Shown here: piece by piece, positions 39,066-46,489 of the stretch
Layout: each line of letters begins with the position of its first letter
How positions within the stretch are numbered: the first letter of the stretch is position 1
NCBI RefSeq assembly: GCF_964194025.1
Contig: NC_134472.1
Coordinates: 70,866,001-70,912,489, forward strand
Source of the DNA: Convolutriloba macropyga
Lineage: Eukaryota
Length of the DNA: 46,489 nucleotides
Direction of reading: 5' to 3'
Made by a program: the position numbers and the translations under genes
The notes under the pieces: generated by a model
Seen by the model: only the letters and a program-made list of their open reading frames with translations
Database searches by the model: none
What the model was told of the DNA's origin: nothing

Positions 39066-39992
39066 CAGTGTAGCCAGTCTCCCGATTTGACTGAGAAGGA
39101 GAAGAAAGAGATATTCGGCCAAAGCCCCCCAGCTGAAAAATTAGGCGACGCACTGGGGCATATCTAAATGGTGACTTCACCGGAATCCTACCCAGATTCA
39201 TCAACAGATATAGAACTAATCCACGCACCAGCCCCCAAAATTCAAATGGCAAAAACTCTAACGTTCATCAGGCATGAGTACGAAGATGAGACTACAGAAT
39301 GGATTGAAACGGAGACGGATTCAGATTTCGGACCTCAGAACACAGAGTGGGACTCCGAATTACCCCATCAAAATAAAACACTACCGCAGGACAGCGACAA
39401 TGAGGACGAATATGAAATTCCTTACAGTATGAGCTTCCGGAAGCTCTATGAAGCTGTGTCCAAAGAACGGGCATCCGGAGAAAAATTTAGACTTGACTGG
39501 TCGAACGACAAGGAGAGTGATTAATCCGGCCAAACCGAGGTTGGTGAGACCCAGATGACCACAGAATCTGTCGATTTCAACCAAACCGAGATAGAAGTTC
39601 CTGAAACTGACGATGGAAGTAACTACTGCAGCCATAACAATTTTCGAAGAGTTCAAATGACACCAAATCTAGGTCAATCCAGCAAACATGAAGCAAACCT
39701 TCCCAACAACAACGCGAAATCAATGGAAATTGTTCTAGAGGAGGGCAGAGAAGCGGCAAAAGAACATCTGGCGCAAGACCCTGCAATTAAACTTGTTTTT
39801 CAAAGCGCCAATGCTGACAAAACCGGCAAGCAAACGTCCCTTGGCAAACTTAACTTGAAGAAAACAGCAGCTATTGCAGCCGGAGAGGATGCGCGGGCAC
39901 TCTGGTGTGTGTGGAAACAACTAGAATTGGCAGAGTGAGTTCTCTACCGAAAGTGGCTTATTGAGGGAACAGATTCTAATGTCAGACAGTTT

Positions 39993-41255
39993 GTGGTGCC
40001 CAAAAGTGTACGGAAAAAAGTGCTGGAACAACAACACGAGTCTAAGATATCAGGGGGACACTTCGCTTTTCAGAAGACACTCGACAGATCTAGGCAACGT
40101 CTCTGGTGGCCAAATATGAGCAAAGACATCGAGAGGAAATGTGAAAACTCTTTGACGTCTCAGTCGCAATCTACAGCTCGGAAAAAACTTAAAGCACCAT
40201 TGCAGAAAATCAACGTAGGAATCCGTTTCAACAAAATTGCCGCAGACATCCTGGGGCCAGTGACCAAAAAAAAAATAGGAGGGTACAAATATATAATCGT
40301 ACTCACTGACTACTTCACAAAAATTGTAGTCAGTACACCCTTGCAAAACACAACTGTTGAAGCCGTGGCAAGAGCAATCTTGGAAAAATGGATTCTTCTG
40401 TTTGGGGCCCCAGATTCAATTCACACTGACTGGGGCTCAAACTTTTGCAGTGAACTTATCTTGGAACTCTGCAAGCTTTTCGGAATAGAAAAAACAAAGA
40501 CCTCGCCTTACCACCCTCAAGGCAACGGCATGGTTGAGCGACACAACCAGGTCATTGCTGATGCAATTTCGAAATACCGTGCGGGAAATCCCAACACTTG
40601 GGACGAGATGCTCCCATATCTGAGCTTCGTCTACAACACAACAGTGCACAAAAAAACAGTGCATACACTCTTCTCATTAGTTTACGGACAAGAGTGCAAA
40701 TACCCAATCGATTTACTCCTACCTAGGACGCCAGGTCACGAAATTCAAAGTTATGAATTCACTCGATGGCTGGAGGAACAATTTCTTGAAGCACACATGA
40801 ACGCCAGAGAAACCTTGGGATGCAATCAAGAGAGGCAAAAAGACCGATACCACAAAGAAGTCTTTGGAGAAAGCTACCGCAAAGGTGATCAAATTTGGCT
40901 CTTCGCTCCCCACAAAGCCAATTCGAGAAAGCTCTTTTTGCCGTGGGATGGCCCCTACGTTGTGTTAGAGAAAATTTCGGATGTTCTTTACAAGATATCT
41001 AAAACGGGGAGTTCTAACAAATGGCAGATTGTACACTACAGTAGGCTGAAACCCGTGAAAGAGGAGCCTAATCAACGCAGGATATTTAGTCGACCTTCAA
41101 CAGGAAGACGACAGCCAACTGGAGAAGCAGTAGAAGACTTGGAAGAAACAGCAGGTCTTGGACTTTTCACAGAAAAAACTACAAGAAGACTTTCGTCGAA
41201 ACACGGAAAATCCTCGAAAGACCTCGAGATACAAATGGATGGAGGAAGAAGATGA
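39993..41255 (+). pseudogene. Gypsy integrase (420-aa open stretch; C-terminal tail frameshifted, continuing to ~41595)
   Basis: H..GGH zinc-finger remnant, ADILGP, TDYFTK, HTDWGSNF, YHPQGNGMVER, GPY/F motif (WDGPY), VHYSRLKP; no chromodomain seen. Confidence 0.95.
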
Positions 41256-42099
41256 TCTCTTCCACACTCTGTTTGTGGAACAGCAGAAAACTTCTGCGAT
41301 TAGACGAGAAGCAAACCACGAGATGCCGGACATCGAGGAATTACAGGCAACTGAACTGACGGGACTTGATGAGAGAGAGAGCATGACAGAAGCCAACCTG
41401 GAACCCTCTCCCCCAAGTATCGAGAAAACGGACCCACCAGAGACAACGCATCAACACAGCACTACCCAGGATAAGACTTTCAATACAGAGTTCAAAAACA
41501 TCCTTAGACCTCATAAGGCGAAAGGGTTGAAACCGACAACAATGACACTCAATATAGAAACACCGAGCCCAAGCCTACTCTCTAACATGGAATGACGCCC
41601 CAAGCGGGCAAAGCGATTCCCCAAAAGATAAGGAATGGACTACGAATGAAAACAATTTTCATAGCGCACATGACGAACCTACTAACAAACTCGACTCAAA
41701 ACTTTGAAACGTTACCAAAATGTACCGTGAACACTTAGATAGAGTGAATTACTGTGGACTAATATAATTTTCTTCTTCCAAGCCACTCGCTAAACACTCA
41801 AAAAAAGCGATGAAAAGGTTCGAAATGTCTTGATAAAGACTTTAAATAGCACTTTAAGCATAGTAACATTCGACTATATACGATAATCATATAGATTTTT
41901 CTTAGTTTAATTAAGGTCTCCAGAGCATTAAAAAAAATTTCTGAACAAAGCAAATGAGTCATGCAAAAAAACATAAAGTTTGAGCACCAGAACCAATTTG
42001 AATACAAAACCTAGTTCCAAAAAATAATTGCACAGTTTATTTAAACAAAACTGAAAACTCGCCGCAAGTGCAGTTTACCCTAACTTTGGCAATATTTAG

Positions 42100-44065
42100 A
42101 TGAAGTGGTGCTATCTATTTCTTGTTATCCGTTTGACTCTAGCAGATGAAGTGACAACTCGAGCAAACATTGTGTTCGTCTCACGGATTCCGATGGCTCT
42201 AGCTGATTCAATTGAACTGATAGAGGTTTCAGTGCACTTTCCTAAACCCTTGGACATTGACTGGAGCGCTTTTAAAAAATTTTTGAAAATCCTCAAAGAC
42301 ATGGAAATTCACGCGTGGAGAGAGACGCAGTGGGTATACTGCAATAACCAAAAATTAAACGGCATCCCGGAAAACAGTCAGAACACCCTGACCACATCGC
42401 TACAAAAAGACATTTCGGAGATCGAAGAAGAAAGGACTCAACTGATTCAAGATATGAAGATTTTTGCAAATTCAACGGAGCTCTTGAACAAGAAGAGAAC
42501 GTCAATAACTTTGCTTGCAGCGGGAGCTACCATCGCACTTCTTTTGGAGCCCATACTGGAAAAACAGCTTGCAAAGTGCTCTCCATCTTTCATCTTTGTC
42601 AGGACTCAGAAGAAAAAATGCGACAAATTACAAGGCACTCGGACCGCACGGACTTCGAGCTGCACCATTTATCGAGCAACACAGATGACGCAGTACACAT
42701 CTTGAGCAACAAAAATTAAAAAACAGCAGGAACACATGAAAACTTTTTGAACTATACAGATGGGAACTTCGGAACCGTAGAGCAAGCCATTAACAACCTT
42801 GAACACGATATGAAACAAGTACAGCGGGCCCGAATCTGCGACCACAAGTGGAGCGACGTGTTCACCTTTTTTCTCAAAACGCAAAGCGTGGTCAATGACC
42901 TTTCCTTCGCAATAGTGTCTCTTCATTCAGAAGTGCAATCCTTTAAGTATGAACTCAAGCAATTCAATAACAAACTTCGGCAGGCTTTCCAGGAGATGTC
43001 AAACGAAAGAATACTCTCAAGACATGTTGAACCAGACAAACTGCTAGGAATCCTACAACATCCTCCTTTCCATCACAAAACGATGTCAATACCACTCCCT
43101 TATGTTAGTCTCTACTATGAACTTGAGCTACTTCGTAATGATTTTATTGGGGACAATGGGCTCCTCTTAAAAAACGAACTCCCGACGTCAAGTCAAAGCC
43201 CCATCCACAAAGTATTTAAAGGAATATCCCTTCCGCAACCTATTGCAAATTCAACTACAGCGTCAGTGCTTGTACCCGAGCGTGACTTGTCGTCTCGGAA
43301 GCTACGACTAACTTTGCTGAAGTTGACGAAGCACAGATTCTTTTTTGTCAAGGTTCGAAACGACTAAAACAACACTGTTAACAACCCTTCTCAATAACTA
43401 GAAATCAACAAGCCGGTTGTCTGGTTAGTGTATTTTTTGGTCACGAAGCAGCTGTTTTAAAGATCTGTAAATTTGATATCATCCACCTTCCAATAATGCC
43501 TACTGCAACCTATTTAGCAAATTCAAAATTTCTTATTTCGTCAGCAACCACAAAATACTGGATAAATGAAATCACTGATAAATCCTTAAAGAGCAGTAGA
43601 TTGAACGGATGTCGAAGTTGCATCATACAACCTCCTTATAACGGGAGAACTGAGATATCTAATGGAGGCTTGGTTTTGCGCCCCTCAACGGACAACTGTC
43701 AGAACGAAACTGGGCTGGTTATGACCGTAGGGCTCAACCCTCTACTTGGGGAAGCGTTCAAACTGCCGATACCAGAAAACCACGAGCTGAATTCCTCAAG
43801 TACCACAATGGACTACCAAAGAAATGTAATAGAACATGTCAAAGTCGAACTACAAGCAAAACCACCACTTGAAATAGACACCACAACGTTCAAAAATTTG
43901 GTACGAGATTTTCATCGCTGCAATCAAGAGCGACAAAGACAAAACACAGCGGAAGGAACTGCTAATAATGAGGTAGACTTTTTAGTACTGTTTTTATGGG
44001 TTATCACTTTTTTCTCAACCCAAATAATTTTACTCTGGAAATGGAAAAAACTATGCATCAAATAG
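42100..44065 (+). pseudogene. env: Envelope-like class I fusion glycoprotein (frameshifted, ~650 codons)
   Basis: Signal peptide MKWCYLFLVIRLTLA; basic site NKKR followed by hydrophobic TSITLLAAGATIALLL; heptad-like helices; Cys-rich region; N-glycosylation sequons; TM FLVLFLWVITFFSTQIILLW plus a basic tail. Confidence 0.85.
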
Positions 44066-44113
44066 AGATAGACTAAAGAGAATAAAGAAACATAAAATAG
44101 TTAGGAGACTTTT

Positions 44114-44968
44114 TGTAGAATAGACTTAGTTCGATTCTAGCTTTGATTTAGTTAGGAATAAGGTCTGTGGTAACTTTGCAATCTTTAATTTATAAGTCTA
44201 GTATTTTCATAAGTTAGAGTTTGGCTTTAATTAAAAACATAACATAGCTACTTAGGAACATAGGTGGTTTTACAGAGATCAATGACTATTAGGTTAAGTT
44301 AAGATCTCTCAGGACTTTGACATCAAGAGAGTGACTGCAGACACCTTCAACACGAGAAATTCTAAGCGTATCAATCGCCGCGCTTCTTTGGAGACTGAAT
44401 AAAGAAGCCACTCTGAGGGTAGGGTTGCCTGCTCGTGGAAGACTTGGCGAGTAAGACTAACCCACGTAGTATGGATGGGCGAACCAAGTAGACACTTAAC
44501 ACGGTCTGCAGTAACCCTGAAGTGCCTGAGGAGCAATAGATCTTGCGTTCTTTTTTCAAGTGGTTGATACTCGTCTGGCCGGGTTGTGGAGTGAACTACG
44601 ACGAACGACGCTTCCTCTTCAACTTTAGTAGTCTTTAGGGTCACAGATTGATCTCTTAGTATAAGTTAGTTGCATTGAGAACTTGGTATACTTCTCAATC
44701 ACAGTACCACCTATTTTGATAATTGTTTTCTTTTTTCCATACACTTAGCTTATAGTTGAGGCTAGAGAACTCTGAATCCAACTTTATCATTACTATTTTT
44801 AAATAGTGCTGCCTGCAATCTGAATCTTAGGAGTAATGGAAGGGCCTGGTATAACCCTCTCTGTTATATAGGATAATAGGCTTGCGAAGTTACCACTACT
44901 CTAGTTCTCTTTTTTTTGAATATTCAAGTATCTACAAATTGTTGGGATTTGATTAGGGAATCTCCCCA
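44114..44968 (+). repeat. Putative 3' LTR region of the Gypsy element
   Basis: TGTAGAA at 44114, AATAAA near 44398, terminal block shared with the 5' LTR. The start is uncertain and there is no clear PPT. Confidence 0.5.
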
Positions 44969-45336
44969 CCCCAGTTTTTCAAATTCGGCTTGCCCTCTGA
45001 TTACATTATACTGGAATTTTTGGCATCAGTCAATGTTTTATGTACCATACGTGACCTTGTATCCTTTCCTAGAAGTTTCACCAGAATGAGAACTATACAG
45101 TTTTCGGCTATCAATTTTTTAAATGATTTTCGTATGATTTCCAAGAAATCATATATGATCTTTGTATGACTACTAAGCAATCATGCAAGTCATATATGAC
45201 CTAGTTTGACTACTAATATTCATATATGACCTGCAATGAAATCAAAAACATTTGTATGATCGGTGACCCGGTAAACGGCCATTTGGTTAGATTGGCGTCC
45301 TCTGTTGCTTTAAGAGTGCTTTTTTTTTACTAAGAG

Positions 45337-45963
45337 CCCGGGTCACTCATCATAAAAAATTGCATGATTTCATACAATGTCATAGGTCATTCTTAGTGAT
45401 CGTACTAGGTCATATATGATGTGTATGATGCTTTCCTGCAAATTATACAGGGATCAGACAAAACCTCTAAAAGCCAAAAAATTTTATCTCTTTTATTTTC
45501 GGAAGAAGCTGAAAAATTTCTTGGAAATTAAACGAAGTCATATATGACATAAAAACTTTGACTGGTGCCACAAATTCCCGTATCACAAATACTGATAACA
45601 GTATTGTGTACGATTCCTAGTAATCATCCGGGCCAAAGTGAGCAAAAGAGTGCAGAGAGTGTAAAAGATTACAGACAGGAGTGTAAATGCATAATAATTT
45701 CTTAAAATTACACTCGTAAAATACTTTTTTCTACTAAAAAGGAGTGGAATACGCATCAGACCCTAATCCCCACTAATTAGGGGTGGATTAAGGTTGAAAC
45801 CTCGGCCCGGGCACACTAATATCATATATAGGTTCCTGCTGATCATACAGGGTTTATATTTAATTTATTTGGTCTCATAATAGGATCGTACTTAGAAATT
45901 GAGTATGGACAGAATGAAATCATATATGACCCTTGTCTGAAATCAGAGAAACTTCAACCCGTG
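45337..45963 (-). mobile_element. Non-autonomous DNA element copy B, inverted relative to copy A
   Basis: CCCGGGTCAC end mirrors 45190-45271; 45866-45963 is the reverse complement of 34716-34805; ~180 bp extra segment between CCGGGC repeats at ~45628 and ~45807. Confidence 0.72.
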
Positions 45964-46085
45964 AGTACCTAGATCTATAACACAACGTAATTTGAGTCTT
46001 GACACTATCAATTCAGGTTTCCATTGAAAACCGATTTTTTTTATCAAATGAGGAACAGTAGTCATTATTTTCTATTTGCTTTCAG

Positions 46086-46262
46086 TATGCGCCCACCGGG
46101 AGGATTCAACATGTCCGGAGGTGGAATCACGAGCAGACCAGGAATGGGAGGAACAAGTGGGATGTTTGGGGGAGGGGGAGGGGGAGGAGGAATGAGTAAT
46201 TCAATGGCAATGATGGGCAGACCCCAATCGGCCCAAATGATGGCACCCTCCTTCTCTAGTAG
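46086..46262 (+). CDS. Exon of the host gene, Gly/Met-rich low-complexity segment (SMRPPGGFNMSGGG...MMAPSFSS)
   Basis: Strong TTTCTATTTGCTTTCAG acceptor and AG|GTACGT donor; its phase-2 start completes the AG left by the 34248 donor (AGT, Ser). Confidence 0.85.
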
Positions 46263-46371
46263 GTACGTCCAGAAGCAATTACCTCAGTTGATAATTTGTT
46301 CATACTGAACTAATTTTCATCATAAGTTTTCATCATGGAAAGATGACGGGTTTTTCCGCATTACAGCCCAC

Positions 46372-46489
46372 TCCCCCCCCCCCCCCCGGAAAATATAGAA
46401 TCACCCCACATTATAGTACATTAAAGCAATAAAAAGGAGCGGTTTTATAAGTTATAAGACCTCTAAGCGCAGGGAGTACAACAGCAACA
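46372..46489. repeat. Poly-C + GAAAATATAG...CCCCACATTAT motif, same family as 11841-11880 and 12250-12297
   Basis: Motif match by eye; truncated by the window end. Confidence 0.5.

Larger units (their letters stand above)
35137..44968 (+). mobile_element. Ty3/Gypsy LTR retrotransposon with env-like ORF, defective
   Basis: PBS, gag, PR-RT-RH-IN order and a third ORF with signal peptide and TM; flanks GCCC and CCCC may be a decayed 4-bp TSD. Outer ends are less certain than the classification. Confidence 0.9.
34716..45271 (+). mobile_element. Non-autonomous DNA element copy A, split by a ~10.1 kb nested insertion (halves ~34716-34889 and ~44996-45271)
   Basis: The two halves align consecutively with the reverse complement of 45337-45963; CCCG-type termini and repeated TCATATATGA motifs. 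Confidence 0.7.

Noticed and set aside
44309-44644. 111-aa antisense ORF in the 3' LTR region
   Set aside because: No recognisable motif and a non-ATG start; a length like this can occur by chance in a GC-richer stretch.
35649-44968. Gypsy element with true 31-bp mini-LTRs as the whole explanation
   Set aside because: Identity extends 9 nt upstream of the TG at both ends, no PPT precedes 44940, and no TSD flanks 35649; kept only as part of the heterologous-LTR finding.
34716-45963. A single 11-kb DNA transposon with ~90-bp TIRs carrying the Gypsy element as cargo
   Set aside because: Internal facing ends at 45271 and 45337 show two separate inverted copies of a small element; no transposase is present.
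46024-46308. 94-aa single-exon ORF
   Set aside because: It has a non-ATG start and includes intronic flanks; only 46086-46262 is bounded by splice sites.

Overview
AT-rich, repeat-saturated eukaryotic (metazoan-looking) DNA; the taxon cannot be determined from the sequence. Most of the window appears to be intronic sequence of one + strand host gene, of which three Gly/Met/Pro-rich exons (16405-16496/16523, 34110-34248, 46086-46262) splice together in frame; a possible fourth micro-exon lies at 10432-10474. The introns contain: (i) a decayed CR1/L2-group LINE on the - strand with an SGNH-esterase-like ORF1, an APE endonuclease and a duplicated RT segment (~17.1-22.4 kb); (ii) a BEL/Pao LTR retrotransposon on the - strand (24976-32968) with ~1 kb LTRs and its RT core deleted, arranged in tandem with a second copy that shares an LTR and is cut off by a 15-bp minisatellite; (iii) a ~9.8 kb Ty3/Gypsy element on the + strand (35137-44968) carrying gag, pol and a third ORF encoding a class I (F-type) fusion envelope protein. 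The two ends of the Gypsy element share only about 30-40 terminal bases, and it is nested inside two small DNA elements. The first 16 kb are decayed ORF fragments, tandem duplications and a poly-C/poly-G block that I cannot classify firmly. All TE reading frames are disrupted. All alignments and translations were done by eye; no database searches were run.
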